From Caecitellus pseudoparvulus (lineage: Eukaryota > Protista > Bigyra: Bicosoecida), in assembly GCA_965644315.1 (NCBI GenBank), contig CBFFRQ010000051.1, positions 66,341-130,340 on the forward strand: 64,000 nucleotides of DNA, given 5' to 3'. Of this stretch, positions 1 to 12,356 are shown one piece after another. Made by a program: the position numbers and the translations under genes. How positions within the stretch are numbered: position 1 is the stretch's first letter; every line of letters starts with the position of its first letter. The notes beneath the pieces are model-generated. The model saw nothing but the letters and a program-made list of their open reading frames with translations, had not been told where the DNA came from and did not search any database.

Positions 1-94
1 CACCCTCCCGCCGGCAACGGCCCCAGCCCCGGCACCCACTGCTGCGTCTGCCCCACCGCGGAGCGCAGCCCCCGCCCCGCCCAGTGCAGAGGTC

Positions 95-3000
95 GTGTCA
101 GCTGCACAGCTCATCCAGGCCCAGGCGGCACTGAACAACGCTGACCTGGGCAGTGGCACGCGTTCCGTGGCTGTTCCGGGCGGCGCCGCCCCAACACGAG
201 CACAGCGAGCAGAGCTGAATGCCTGGTGGGTGCGGCACCTGCGGGGGGCGCCATCTGTGCGATCACGGGGGGCCAGCCAGTGGGACAAGCGCACGACGGC
301 GGACGGACGACCTCACATCGCGGACATCCTGGCAGGTGTGGCCGAGGCCGGCGGCAGCGGCGGCGTCGGTGCAACGCCCGTGTCGGGGTTCAGCGGCGGG
401 GACACGCCCCGCAGCGTGGCGCAGGTGCCGTCCACACCCATGTCTGTCGTGTCCAAGTTGGAGGACCGCGTGGGGGGTCTGGGCGTGGGGGGGGATGACG
501 AGTGGGACGCGCCGGTGGCGCTGCGTAGTGTGCCACAGCGAAGCGGCGGCAGCGGCGCCACGCCCAGCACTGCGCCAGTGCAGGGATCAGGCATTGGCAT
601 GGCAGAGTCAGTGGATGACACTGCATCGGTTGTCGGCTCAGTGGTGGCAGGGGATGACGACTGGGACCTGGTGACGAGCAATGCGAGCTCGCGGCGTGGC
701 GGCTCTCGGCGGTACGGCGCATACACCCGACACCGTGACCGCATCGGGGAGGGGGGTGACGAGGGCGACGATGATGCGGCCTTCGAACGGGCGTTCTACT
801 CTGGGGAGGATGGTGCGGCCATGGGTGCTGTGGAGGGCGGCGGCGACGGCGCAGGTGCACTTGCGGAATCTGCACGCTTCACAGCCCGAGCTGCGGCTGC
901 CGGCATGGTGCCCAAGGGCGAAGCGAAGGAGAAGGGCAAGTCAGCCGCTGCGACGGCGATGCACCGAGACCAAGAGGCTTGGGAGAACTCCCGTCTGCAC
1001 CGTTCCGGCGTCGTGGCGGGGGGCCGAGTGGACCTGGACGCCATGGACGAGGGGGGGCGGCGCACGCAGCTGCTCGTGCGGAACATCCAGCCCCCCTTCC
1101 TGGACGGGCGCATCTCCTTCACGACACAGAGCGCCATGGTGCCTGTGGTGCGCGACCCCACGTCAGACATGGCCATCATCTCCCGCAAGGGCTCTGAGCA
1201 GCTGAAGTGGATGCGGGCGGAGAAGGAGAAGAGCGCCTTCCGACCGAAGTTCTGGGAGCTGGGCGGCACGCACATGGGCAACGTGACGGGGGCGGAGGCG
1301 AAAGTGGAGGAGGAGCTGGACGAGACGGCCAAGGCTCAGGCTGCGCTGGCCATGGCACATGAGCAGGTCGCAGAGGCCGAGGCTGCGGCGCCGTCTGGCG
1401 CCGACTACTCAGCTGCCGCGGCAGGGGGGCGGAACCCCACCACGGAAGCTGCCCTGCGCGCAGAAGCGGCCAAGCACGTGTCTGTGGCAGATCGGGAGGA
1501 TGCGGGGGGGGAGGAGGGCGACTTCAAGTCGCGCTCGCAGTTCGCCAGCCACATGGGCGAGAAGGGCGCCGCCGTGTCCGCCTTCGCCAAGGGCAAGAGC
1601 ATCCGGGAACAGCGGGAGTACCTGCCGGTGTTCGCGGTACGAGATGAGCTCATGCGTGTCATCGCGGAGAACCAAGTCATCATCATCGTGGGCGAGACGG
1701 GGTCGGGCAAGACCACGCAGCTGACGCAGTACCTGCATGAGGAGGGGTACACGGACTTCGGCATGGTGGGCTGCACCCAGCCACGCCGTGTGGCAGCCAT
1801 GTCAGTGGCCAAGCGAGTGGCAGAGGAGGTGGGGACACCACTGGGGGACACCGTGGGGTACGCCATCCGTTTCGAAGACATGACGTCAGAGCGCACGGTG
1901 GTGAAGTACATGACCGATGGAGTGCTGCTGCGCGAGAGCCTGCGGGAGCCAGACCTGGACCAGTACTCCGCCGTGGTCATGGACGAGGCCCACGAACGCA
2001 GCCTGAACACGGACGTGTTGTTCGGCATCCTCAAGAAGGTCGTGCAGCGGCGGCGGGATTTCAAGCTCATCGTCACGTCTGCCACCATGGACAGCGGCAA
2101 GTTCTCCGCCTTCTTCGGAGGCGTGCCCATCTTCCACATCCCCGGGCGCACCTTCGCTGTGAGCGTGTTCCACACGCAGTCCCCCGCCCAGGACTACATC
2201 CTCGGCGCTGTGAAGCAAGTGCTGGACATCCACATCACGCAGCCGCCGGGGGACGTACTGGTGTTCATGACGGGGCAGGCGGACATCGAGGCCACCTGCT
2301 GGCTGCTGGCGGACTGGGTGAAGCGCAAGGGTGTGAAGATGGGCCCCCTCCTCGTGCTGCCCATGTACTCGCAGCTGCCTGCTGACCTGCAGGCGAAGAT
2401 CTTCCAGGCAGCACCCCCCGGCGCGCGGAAGGTCATCGTCTCCACCAACATCGCTGAGACCTCCCTCACCGTGGACGGCATCAACTACGTCGTGGACAGC
2501 GGCTACTGCAAGGTGAAGGTGTACAACCCCAAGGTGGGCATGGACTCCCTCACAGTGGTGCCTGTGTCGCAGGCCAACGCCCGACAGCGCATGGGCCGTG
2601 CGGGGCGCACGGGGCCCGGCCTGTGCTACCGCCTGTACACCCAGCGCGCGTTCAAGGATGAGATGCTGCCGGCGACAGTGCCGGAGATCCAACGGACCAA
2701 CCTGGGCAACGTCGTGTTGTTGTTGAAGAGCCTGGGTGTGGAGAACATGAAGGACTTTGACTTCATGGACCCGCCCCCAGCGGACAACATCCAGAATTCC
2801 CTGTACCAGCTGTGGGTGCTGGGCGCCCTGGACAACACGGGTGCCCTGACGCCGCTGGGGCGGGAGATGGTGGAGTTCCCCCTGGACCCCGCCCTCTCCA
2901 AGATGCTCATCATGGGGGACCGCCTGGGGTGTTCGTCTGAAGTGGTCACCGTCGTCTCCATGTTGTCCGTGCCAGGTGTGTTCTACCGCCCTCGGGACCG

Positions 3001-3880
3001 GGAAGAGGAGTCAGACGCGGCGCGGGAGAAGTTCTTCGTCCCGGAAAGCGACCACCTGACCCTTCTCAATGTGTACCTGCAGTGGCGCAAGCACGGGTAC
3101 AGCGGCGCGTGGTGCACGGAGCACTTCGTGCACATCAAGGCACTACGCAAGGCGCGGGAAATCCGTCAGCAGCTCATGGACATCATGCAGCAGCGGCGCA
3201 TGCAGCCCAAGACCTGCGGGCACAACTGGGACGCTGTGCGCAAGGCCATTTGCTCCTGCTACTTCTACAACTCCGCGCAAATGAAGGGCGTGGGCGAGTA
3301 CATGAACCTGCTGACGGGCATGCCGGCCCACCTGCACCCGTCCTCGGCCCTGTTCGGGCTGGGGTACACGCCCGACTACGTCGTGTACCACGAGCTCATC
3401 CTCACCACGAAGGAGTACATGCAGTGTGTCACGGCTGTGGACGCAGAGTGGCTCGCGGAACAGGGCCCCATGTTCTTCGAACTGAAAGCCACCGGCGCAG
3501 CACGCCTGGCACAACGGCGTCGAGAACGAGCGGCACAGGCTGCCATGGACGCGGAGATGTCCGCCGTGGCGGCTGCTGCTGCCAAGGGCGGCATGGGGCC
3601 GCCTCCCTCCCGGCCGTCTGCTGCTGTCGTGGCTGCTGCGTCGGCTGCAGATGCGGGTTCCAGTGGCACGTTCCAGGTGGGCGCGGCGCTGCACAGGGCC
3701 AAGCGGGCCAAGGTGGCACGCTCCGCGACAGAGGCTGCGGCAGCCGCATCCTCTGCCCGGCGCCAGGAGCGCGAGGCTGCTGCCACCCCGCTTTGGAGCG
3801 GCCAGGGCGCCATCGCAACTCCTGGCGCCACGCCTCTGTCCCGAGGAAGGGGAGGGGGGGCTCGCAGGCGGGGCCTGTGA
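95..3880 (+). CDS. DHX38: Pre-mRNA splicing DEAH-box RNA helicase PRP16 (probably 5'-partial; true start likely upstream of the window)
   Basis: Motifs [39 protein letters not shown] and [15 protein letters not shown]16-type N-terminal signatures [11 protein letters not shown] and [16 protein letters not shown]. Bases 1-89 look like a C-rich intron end (..CCAG/TGCAG). Confidence 0.95.
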   Translation: MSAAQLIQAQAALNNADLGSGTRSVAVPGGAAPTRAQRAELNAWWVRHLRGAPSVRSRGASQWDKRTTADGRPHIADILAGVAEAGGSGGVGATPVSGFSGGDTPRSVAQVPSTPMSVVSKLEDRVGGLGVGGDDEWDAPVALRSVPQRSGGSGATPSTAPVQGSGIGMAESVDDTASVVGSVVAGDDDWDLVTSNASSRRGGSRRYGAYTRHRDRIGEGGDEGDDDAAFERAFYSGEDGAAMGAVEGGGDGAGALAESARFTARAAAAGMVPKGEAKEKGKSAAATAMHRDQEAWENSRLHRSGVVAGGRVDLDAMDEGGRRTQLLVRNIQPPFLDGRISFTTQSAMVPVVRDPTSDMAIISRKGSEQLKWMRAEKEKSAFRPKFWELGGTHMGNVTGAEAKVEEELDETAKAQAALAMAHEQVAEAEAAAPSGADYSAAAAGGRNPTTEAALRAEAAKHVSVADREDAGGEEGDFKSRSQFASHMGEKGAAVSAFAKGKSIREQREYLPVFAVRDELMRVIAENQVIIIVGETGSGKTTQLTQYLHEEGYTDFGMVGCTQPRRVAAMSVAKRVAEEVGTPLGDTVGYAIRFEDMTSERTVVKYMTDGVLLRESLREPDLDQYSAVVMDEAHERSLNTDVLFGILKKVVQRRRDFKLIVTSATMDSGKFSAFFGGVPIFHIPGRTFAVSVFHTQSPAQDYILGAVKQVLDIHITQPPGDVLVFMTGQADIEATCWLLADWVKRKGVKMGPLLVLPMYSQLPADLQAKIFQAAPPGARKVIVSTNIAETSLTVDGINYVVDSGYCKVKVYNPKVGMDSLTVVPVSQANARQRMGRAGRTGPGLCYRLYTQRAFKDEMLPATVPEIQRTNLGNVVLLLKSLGVENMKDFDFMDPPPADNIQNSLYQLWVLGALDNTGALTPLGREMVEFPLDPALSKMLIMGDRLGCSSEVVTVVSMLSVPGVFYRPRDREEESDAAREKFFVPESDHLTLLNVYLQWRKHGYSGAWCTEHFVHIKALRKAREIRQQLMDIMQQRRMQPKTCGHNWDAVRKAICSCYFYNSAQMKGVGEYMNLLTGMPAHLHPSSALFGLGYTPDYVVYHELILTTKEYMQCVTAVDAEWLAEQGPMFFELKATGAARLAQRRRERAAQAAMDAEMSAVAAAAAKGGMGPPPSRPSAAVVAAASAADAGSSGTFQVGAALHRAKRAKVARSATEAAAAASSARRQEREAAATPLWSGQGAIATPGATPLSRGRGGGARRRGL

Positions 3881-4210
3881 CGCCGCGGCCTACGCTTGCA
3901 CCAAATTTCACAAACCACAAGTTTCCATGGCGACTCAGCTGCTTGACAGGCTTGCGCGCGTGTCTCAGTGACTTCCGAGCCCTTTGCTCCAGGGACTGGC
4001 GCGGCGTTTCACTGCGTCAGCCTCCACCCACACTCATCCCGGCAGGCAGCGTGTCTTCCGGCTGGGGCGTGGGGAATAACTAGCGGAACTTGTATATCTA
4101 GGTCATTTACCTGCCCTGACTCGTCAGAGCAGTTCTGCCGGGCCTGTGGCATCCAGTGCGCTTGGCAACGCGTGGCGTTTCGCTGCAGCTTCACGCCAGA
4201 TTCAGTCAGG

Positions 4211-5100
4211 ATGGCTGACGCGTCCACTCGTGATGTGAAGGTGGTGCTGTTGGGGGACACAGGTGTGGGAAAATCGTCCATTGTCAGGAGGTTTGTCACA
4301 GAGGCCTTTGACAGGTACAGCGAGCCCACCATCGGGTACGTGCCGACAGTCCAGTCGGGCGCTGCCAGAACCCAGCATGCTCCGTGGGCATTTCCAGCGG
4401 CTGAACACTGGCACACAACGGCTCACACCCGGTGCATTCACAGGGCGTCTTTCATGTCCAAAGCCATGCAGGTGGATGGGCAGTCCATCAAGTTCCAGGT
4501 GCGATGTCGCGCAGTGTGTGTGCCGGCGGCGTGGTGGCAGTCGCCTCTCCGCCCTGGCGTGAGCTGCGGGTGACCCGGCTTCCACCGTCGCGCAGTGGTT
4601 CTGCGCCCTTTCCTCCACGCTCCCACCGCGGCACCTCCCCTCCCACACCCCACTCATCCTTGCACCACCCTTTCTCGCAGATTTGGGACACCGCCGGGCA
4701 GGAAAAGTACCACAGCCTGGCCCCCATGTACTACCGCGGCGCCGCTGCCGCCATCCTCGTGTACGACATCACCCGCAACGGCTCCTTCGACACCCTGCGC
4801 AACTGGGTGAAGGAGCTGCAGACCAACGGGCCAGCTGGCATTGTCCTGAGTGTCGTGGGCAACAAGTGTGACTTGGCGGAGCAGCGCGCCGTGCCCATCG
4901 CCGGTGCACAGGAGTATGCTCAGGACATGGGGGCGGAGTTCTTCGAGACCTCCGCCAAGGCCGACACCAACGTGCGGGACGTGTTCCAGGGCATCGCGGC
5001 GCGCCTGCCCCCCCCGGGTGGCGATGGCGGGCGGGAAGAGGACGTGGAGCTAGGCGCCCGCAGTGGCGGGGGGGACGGCAAGGGCGGCTGCCCCTGCTGA
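4211..5100 (+). CDS. Rab GTPase, Rab22/Rab5 (RabF) family; exons 4211-4335, 4444-4498, 4681-5100
   Basis: Motifs GDTGVGKSS, PTIGASF, IWDTAGQEKYHSLAPMYYRG, GNKCD and ETSAK, with a C-terminal CPC prenylation motif. GT-AG introns restore the frame. Confidence 0.93.
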
Positions 5101-5144
5101 CGGCTCGCGTGTGTTCCAGGAATGCATTGGCTGCTGCAGGGTGC

Positions 5145-5895
5145 TCAGGCCATGGTCAGCTCCATGATGGCGTTCACCATGTCGCCGTCGTTGCTCTTGA
5201 GGGCCTTGATGGCGGCGGCGCGCGACACGTCGGCCTGCTGCATGACCAGCTCGATGTCCTTGGCCTCCAGGTCGCCGGCGTCCACGTCCTCCTCATCAGC
5301 GGCGTCGTCAGACTTGCCGGCGTCAGCAGAGGCGGCGCCAGCGGCGGCCTGCTGGGCGGCGGCAGAGGTGGGCATCTGGAACTGCTGCGCGGCAGCGGCG
5401 GCGGCCTGCTGGGACAGGTCCTCGATCTTGGCCTCGCCGAAGACGACGTAGGTGTCAGAGTTGCTGCTCTTGTACACATCGGGGCTGGAGAACACGAACA
5501 GGATCTGAGGGGGGGGGGGCGAGGGCAGCGGTGTGCGGCAGTGTCCGTGGAGCGGAAATCGACGCCTGGCGATGGCCCAACGCACGTTCTTGCTCTTCTT
5601 GATGGTGATGCGGGTGATGCCAGGCACGGGCTTCATGCCCAGCTTCTGGATGGCCTTGCGGCTCTTCTTCTCGGCGCGGTTGGCCTTGCTGCTGCCAGAG
5701 CTGGTGGTCTCTGTGAAACGAACATGTCAGTGCGGCAGTGCAGCAAGGCCAGCACACGACGCAAGCAGACCTCGCGTCCGCAGGCGCACGGCACGCACCC
5801 TCCTCGGCAGTCTCCTCAGCAGCAACCTCGGGCTCCTCGACGGGGGTCTCCTCAGCGGGGACCTCCGCGGGCTTGGTCTCGGCAGTGGTGGCCAT
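5145..5895 (-). CDS. NACA: Nascent polypeptide-associated complex alpha subunit; 3 exons
   Basis: [32 protein letters not shown]|[27 protein letters not shown], plus a UBA-like C-terminus [36 protein letters not shown]. Confidence 0.95.
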
Positions 5896-6311
5896 GTTGA
5901 CTGGTGTGGTGTGTCGTGTCAGTTGCTACGCAGCAGGAAGCAGCAGGCTCAGGGGCAGGCAATGCGGTGGGAGCTGTTGGAGAGTTGAAAGTACACTGAT
6001 ATGGTCCTGTGTGCGTTGCCTTTCTGCCCCGCATGCACCGCAGTGCGAGGGGGGCTCCACTGCGGCCGAGTTGCGGATTTCGACGACCACCTGCCTGCCA
6101 CACACCCCCCTCCCCCCTGTGCGACAAGCAGCCGCTCAACTACAACCTCAGCTTGCTTCAATTTAAACACAGCCATGAGACGCCCATCTCCGTACGCGCT
6201 GCTGAACTCTCACACGGCTGCTTGAATCCGAGTGGCGGTGCGAGTTTGCGGAAGTAGCCACTTGCACTGACAGTGCCTTGTTGGCTGCCTGGCACTCGAC
6301 GGCGCAGCGCC

Positions 6312-7455
6312 ATGGCATCCATTCTCAAGTTCTTCAACGGACAGGCCCAGAGGTATCATGCCTCGGCTAAGCGGTACGCCCACTGCGCGCTTTGGCGCGA
6401 CACGCCTTTGGCGTCTTGCACAGCTTTCCGCACCTTGCTGCCCAGATACAAGACCCCCGACAACAGGGCGGTGGCTGCCGCGACCTCCAAGACGCTGTAT
6501 GTGGGCAACTTGGCCTTTGTCACGACGGAGCAGCAAATCATCGAGGTGTTCCGGCGGTGCGGCCCAGTGAAGCAGGTGATCATGGGCCTCAACCGCGAAA
6601 GCCGCAAGCCTTGTGGCTTCGCCTTCGTCATGTGCGTGCCGGCCAGCCCACGGGCCCCAGGCCAGCCAGCACTGCACGCACCCCCCAACTCCGCTGCACT
6701 TGCCCAGCTACCATCGCCGTGACAGCGTCGTGGCGGCGATGAACTACCTCAACGGCAGCAAGCTGGACAACCGGTACATCCGCCTGCAAATCGACAAGGT
6801 GCGTGACGCAGCCCTCAGAGCCTGAACCGGATACGCACACCAACGACAGTCTTCAGTCTGCCCCCCACTGCCTGTGACTGACTCGGTTGAGTCACGACTC
6901 CCCGAGCCTGTGCAACATGAAACGCAGCCGTTTCAACACCGCTGACAGGCAGCCTCTCACGCCTGCAGTGGCTTTTGACGTCTCACATCCACCACGCTTC
7001 CTGCGCAGGGTTTCCGTGAGGGACGCCAATTCGGCCGCGGTGTCACTGGCGGCCAAGTGCGTGATGAGTTGCGTGTGGACTTTGACGGCGGGCGTGGTGG
7101 CCTCGGCGTCTTGGCAGCGCAGCGCACGGCACTCTCACGCCGCTCAGCGGGACACCGCGCCAGCATGGCTGAGTTCACTGCTCAGTACGCAGAGGGGTCA
7201 GGCGGTGGTGGGCACGTGCGTCGGCGTGGCGGAAACGGTGGCGCGGCGTGGGATGGCCAGAAACGCCGCCGAGGGCGTGGAGGGCACGACCGCCGCCGCA
7301 GAGAGCCCGTTGCTCAGCGGTACAGCGCGCCAGGTGCTGCCGCCCAGCGGCCGCTTGAGGAGCGCCTGCACAGTTCCCTGGGTGCCGCTCCAGCCGGAGG
7401 TGGCGGAGGCCGGCGGCAGCGCAGCCCCCCACCGCACAGGGTGCAAGGGGAGTAG
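6312..7455 (+). CDS. NCBP2: Nuclear cap-binding protein subunit 2 (CBP20); 4 exons
   Basis: [52 protein letters not shown], then [31 protein letters not shown]. Introns at about 6374-6445, 6632-6707 and 6799-7008. Confidence 0.93.
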
Positions 7456-7728
7456 TGCTGCGTGTGTCTGGTGTCTACTGCTGCGTCGCCTGTTTGCGTC
7501 AAATGTAATTGTTGTTACTTGCGCTGGGTGTCATCCCAGCACAGAGTCCGGGTTGTCAAGCCCGGCGTGCAGCCAATTTCAGACGACCACTTCGCCCTGC
7601 TTCACCACGAGCTTGTTCTTTGTCTCTGCACACGGGACAGTGCATCACGTTCTCCTCTGCGCAGCGCTCCTTGCAGCAGTGTTGGCGTGGTGGCTTGCGG
7701 AAGTTGCTGCGCCACCCAAGTCTAAAAC

Positions 7729-9183
7729 ATGGCCACAGCGGGCGGGCCCTCTGATGGGGACACTGTCACACAATACCCAGCTGAGAATGAATGGGGACTG
7801 ACCGCCCTGCACTTGGCGGCAGCGGCAGATGATGCTGAGGCCATTCGTGCTCTTGTGGCGTCCGGGCTCAGCCCAGACGTCGTCCCACGACCCAAGTTCC
7901 ACCGCATGACACACGGACAGGACACACCCCTGCACACAGCCGCACGAAAGGGCAACACCGCAGCTGTAGCAGCCCTCCTGCAGTGTGGCGCCACCCCTGG
8001 GTGTTTGAACAGGGACGAAGCCGTGCCAGCGGCCGTCGCGATGCGTTTTGGGCGGTGGGACGCAGCTGTGCAGCTCCTGGAAGCCTTTCCCTACTGCAGT
8101 GACTACGGCCGGTTCGTGCCTCCCCGAGCTGCTGCAGTGAAACAGGGCCGACCAGACATCTTGGGGCTCCTGGTGCGGGCCCAGCCTCAAATCGTGCTGG
8201 GGCCGAGTGTCCACTTCCGCATTCGTCTGCCGCAGCGGTCGCCCATGGCATTCACCAGCACCATGCTGTGGCTCGCCTGTGCCTTCCAGCAGCCGGAGTG
8301 CTTGAAGGTCATCCTCAAGTATGGGCCTCGCCCACTGCCCCTGCACACCTTCCCTGAGCAGGGCCTCAAGACCAGCCCTCTCGCCGCTTGCTTCCTGCGC
8401 GAAAACTTGGCTGCCGGCGCCGCCTGCATTTCCCTGCTCCTCGCCGCGGGCGCTGACGCAACGCTGCCAGAGAGGAACGGATCAAGTATTCTGCACTTTC
8501 TGAGGGACCGCGTTCGCGCCATGGGGCTGCCTGCGGGAGAGCAGGAGAAGGCTGAGCGTAAGGCTGGTTGGCTTGCCGTGCTGCAAGCGTTGCTGAAACA
8601 CCCTGCGTTGCATGGTGGAGTGAGGCACCCACAAGGCAAGTCAGCTATGAACTACTGGCTGAACAGGCGCCCGATCCCAGCGGCGAAACCCGCCCACGGT
8701 CCGCCATTTCATGTGGAGTACTGGCAGCTCGTCTGCGCGTTGCTGCGCAGCATCCCAAAACGCCGCCGTCGCCGCGTGATGCACCGCGAGTGGGAGGGCT
8801 CCCCTTCGCCCATGCACGCACTGTGCCGAACCGCCTCCGCCCCCCTGCACCACTGGGGGGCGCTCGTTCTGCAGGCGTTTGCTGCAGGTGCGAGTGTCGA
8901 CGAGACACCACCAGAGAGTCTTGGTGCCGCTGGCGGCGTTGGTGCCGGCACGGCGACGGACGGGCAGCCGACCTTGCCAGCCCGCCAGACGTCTCCTCTT
9001 GGCTGCCTGCCTGGAGAGGACCTGGCTGAGGCTTTGGGCCGCCCAGAAAGCACTTGTCCTTGGGTGGTCCACGCGGCAACCCCCTCCTACGCTTTGCGCG
9101 TGACGGCTCAGCTGTGCTGTGGGTGGCATCGCTGGCGCCTGCGCAGACACATGCTGCTGCTGCGGCAAGAAGCGGAAAAGTGA
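7729..9183 (+). CDS. Ankyrin-repeat protein
   Basis: Ankyrin-like motifs WGLTALHLAAA, GQDTPLHTAARKGNTAAVAALLQCGA and ISLLLAAGADATL in a 484-aa ORF. Confidence 0.8.
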   Translation: MATAGGPSDGDTVTQYPAENEWGLTALHLAAAADDAEAIRALVASGLSPDVVPRPKFHRMTHGQDTPLHTAARKGNTAAVAALLQCGATPGCLNRDEAVPAAVAMRFGRWDAAVQLLEAFPYCSDYGRFVPPRAAAVKQGRPDILGLLVRAQPQIVLGPSVHFRIRLPQRSPMAFTSTMLWLACAFQQPECLKVILKYGPRPLPLHTFPEQGLKTSPLAACFLRENLAAGAACISLLLAAGADATLPERNGSSILHFLRDRVRAMGLPAGEQEKAERKAGWLAVLQALLKHPALHGGVRHPQGKSAMNYWLNRRPIPAAKPAHGPPFHVEYWQLVCALLRSIPKRRRRRVMHREWEGSPSPMHALCRTASAPLHHWGALVLQAFAAGASVDETPPESLGAAGGVGAGTATDGQPTLPARQTSPLGCLPGEDLAEALGRPESTCPWVVHAATPSYALRVTAQLCCGWHRWRLRRHMLLLRQEAEK

Positions 9184-9525
9184 AAAATGGGAGGCAATGT
9201 TGCGCATCTCCAGCCCCATCCTCCCTTCATTTGTTGGCGGATGGGCGTTTAGGAGCTCAACGAATGCTTGGCATGCCGTTTGGAGCAAGTGACAACATTG
9301 CTGCAGTTGCCAATGGTTGTCGATGTCAACACCCGGGCTGCAGCAGCAGGATATAAAGCGAAGCCTACTGAGTCAAGCATCACTGCCGCTGCAAGCTTCA
9401 CCTTGCCAGTTCTCGCCCACAGCATTAGACGGCCACGAGGGAGCACCTGTGCAGTTGCGCAGCACTAAGCAAAACGTCCATGAGAGCAAACTTGCGAGGG
9501 GGCAGTGCCAATGCATTGCCACACA

Positions 9526-12199
9526 CTATCCATATACCTCCGGGCATGCGTTCATGCCCACAAGCTGGTTGGCATACTCCACTGTGGCGTACAAGCTCTT
9601 GCACCCCTCTGACACGCGGTCTGCGATGGCTTGCTGGGCCTTGTCCTGCACTGCTGGCGGCAAGCTGGCCAGCCCGCTTCCGTCGGGAGCACCCACCTCC
9701 CGCAGTACCTGCATGTACGCCGCATCCACCAACTCGCTCCGCAAGCGCGCGACAGTGGCAGGGTCCACCCCCGTGCCTCCCTGGGCCAGTGCATGTGCGG
9801 CGTCCACTTGTGCAGGCGTGAGCCCATCTCGAGGGTGGATGGGCCGACGACAAGGGTGAGGGGGGCGTTGCTGTGCAGACACTGGTGCAGAATGCAAGTG
9901 GGACCCCTCTCTGCACGTGCTGCGTTGCAGCAAGCCCAGCTCTGGCACGCTTCGCCATGTTGCTGGACCTGTCGCGGCAGGGTGCGGCTCAGTGCGTTCG
10001 CCCACGGAAGACACTGAGGATGCACCCTCCCAAACTGGCCTTGCAGTGCTCTCGTGATATTCTGCTGTGGGAGCACCAGAGTCGTCGGCTTTGCCTAGAA
10101 CCTCCCGCATGCGCGCCAGCACCGCATAGAAGTCACCCGGCAACTGCACTGACTCACTTGACTCCAAACTCGCTGTGCCAGAGGCCTGCTGCCTGTCGTG
10201 CCAGCCTTCAGGCTGATCTTGAGCGTCAGACTCAGAAGCCACCCCGCTGCTGGGCGAAGGGCTGGGTGGCACTGACTCCGAGTCACTGTCGAGTGACGCC
10301 AGCGGTGACAACGCACCCACCGAGCCATGGGCCGCCACTTGCCCCTTATCATCATGGATAGACTGTTCTGCAGCGCTGGCTTGTGGTGTGCGATCTTTCG
10401 TCGCGCCTTGGTCGGGGCAGGTCGGCTCAGGGATTGGGGCAGGTTGAGCCCCCACCCTGCTGCGTTCATGTGTCTTGACTACGGGGTGTGGGACTTGGGG
10501 CGACTGTGCCGCTCGCCGCACGGGCCCTGCAGCAACCACTGCATCCCGCTCAGGGGCATGCTTCATCCACGCTGCCTGCTGTGCGGGTGTGGCGGCACGG
10601 AGCGCGGGTGGAGCAAGGGATGGCAGGTGCGTGCTGGGGTGGGGCGGAGGCGAGGGCGGGGCGCTGCGCAGCCCGTCCCTGGGCAGCTCCACTCCAGGTC
10701 GAACATGCGATCTCACATCGTGGTGCGCCTCTGAGGGTGTCTGTGTCCCCACGGAGGTTCCCCGCGCTGGCTGCGCCTTGTGCGCCTGCCGTGTGGGGTG
10801 GATGTCCACTGCTGCAGCCCGGATGTGGTGTGTCAACGCCGCAGCTGGGGCCAAGGGGGGTGTGGGCGGACTAGACAGCTTGTTTGTCGCCCGTGGCGGC
10901 GTGTGGCAGTCGGCAGGGGTCATGGTGTCCACCGCCTGCACAGCGGGGGAGGAGGGCGGCGGGGCACTTGCCAGGCAAGTGCTCTGATTAGGCGCCCCTC
11001 CCAGGCCCCGCACAGGCACAGGCGGTCGCGAGAGGCCTGCTTGGTGCAGTGCCACCACTTGCTGCGCTGTGTGTGTGCGGAGGTGGGCCATGCCCGCTCC
11101 GCTGCCTGCTGCACTGTGCTGCAGCCACCACGCCGCGGGCACAGAGATGCCACGTGCTGCCTCCACGGGAACGATGTAGTCTTCAAGAGCTGCAGAAGCA
11201 GAGGTCTGGGTGGGAGCAGGCGGTGAGCCCTTGGTAGGCTCTGTGCTCGCTGCCTGCCGCCCCTCCCCGTGGTGTGCGGCATCTGCCTCGAGGATGCCAA
11301 GGTAGGCGCGTAACGCATCAGCGGCCTTGCTGCAGCCGGTGGCCGTCGTGCCAGGGGCCGTGACGGCAAGGAGGGCTGTGCGCTTTTCACACTGCGCTGC
11401 GTGGCGCTGCACTGCAGCCGAGGCGGCAGGCGACGCAGGGGCAGGGCCCTCTGTGCTGGGGCTGGCCGCAGCATGAAACGCTCCATCTTCACGGGCGCCT
11501 GCAGGACTGATCAGTTTGCGTTGTGGCGTTGGTGATGCTGCCCGTCCCCGGTGCGGTGTGTCTGAGTGTGGCGGCGACGGCACCAGAGCTGCTTGGCGGC
11601 TGCCGTTGTGCACTGCCACACCTGGCTTGCTGGTCGGTGTGTCTTGCACGCTGCCGCAACGGCGAGGTGTGTGATCTGTGCATGTGGGAACTTAAACTGT
11701 GCCATGAGCAGCCAGTGTGTCCAGCCAGGCGGCTGTGCAACGGCCGGCGTTTCGTTGTGTTGCTTGCGACGGAGCGTTACGCACATGCAGAGCCAAACAG
11801 CACACGCCGAGGCGATGGCAAGGGCGCCTCTGCTGCCACAGCCTCTCGAAGCGAGTCCAGGACACGACCAATTGCAGAGGAGGCCGTGGAACGCATGGTG
11901 ATGGCCTTGACGTGGGCCACAGTGTGCTTTGGCAGGGCTGGTAGCGGGCTGGCTGAGGGACGCTTGTGCAGGGGGGGCACCCACTTCCCCGTGTCGATGC
12001 AGTGCAGGAGGAGGACGGCATGGTGGCAGCGGTCCCGCAGCCACACCGGCACATTCGTGGGCGCCACGAGCTCCTGCAGCCACAGCTTCACCCTCACACG
12101 CAGGCCTGCGTCCAGGGTCCGCGAAGCAGCTGCCTGCTTGCAAGCCTGCAGGAAGGCAGCCAGCACCGCGTGCAGAGGGGTGGGCGCAGGCACATCCAT
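9526..12199 (-). CDS. DUF4485 (CEP112 N-terminal-like) domain protein with a long low-complexity region; at least 2 exons
   Basis: Exon 1 (RVRVKLWLQELVAPTNVPVWLRDRCHHAVLLLHCIDTGKWVPPLHKRPSASPLPALP) matches the DUF4485 pattern as I recall it. A 707-aa P/A/S-rich ORF follows on the same strand. The joining intron is approximate. Confidence 0.55.
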
Positions 12200-12356
12200 G
12201 ACGCGTGCAGAAATACAAGACACATCAAGGAGGTCTCTGGCCCTGGCCTGTGCAGTCGGAGTTGATTTGGCCGCGCTGCCGGGCGGAGTGCCTGCGGAAA
12301 TTGCTCACACCTGAACCGCCGGCCTTCACCTGGCCTTCGCCGCCTGGGGGCCCGGC

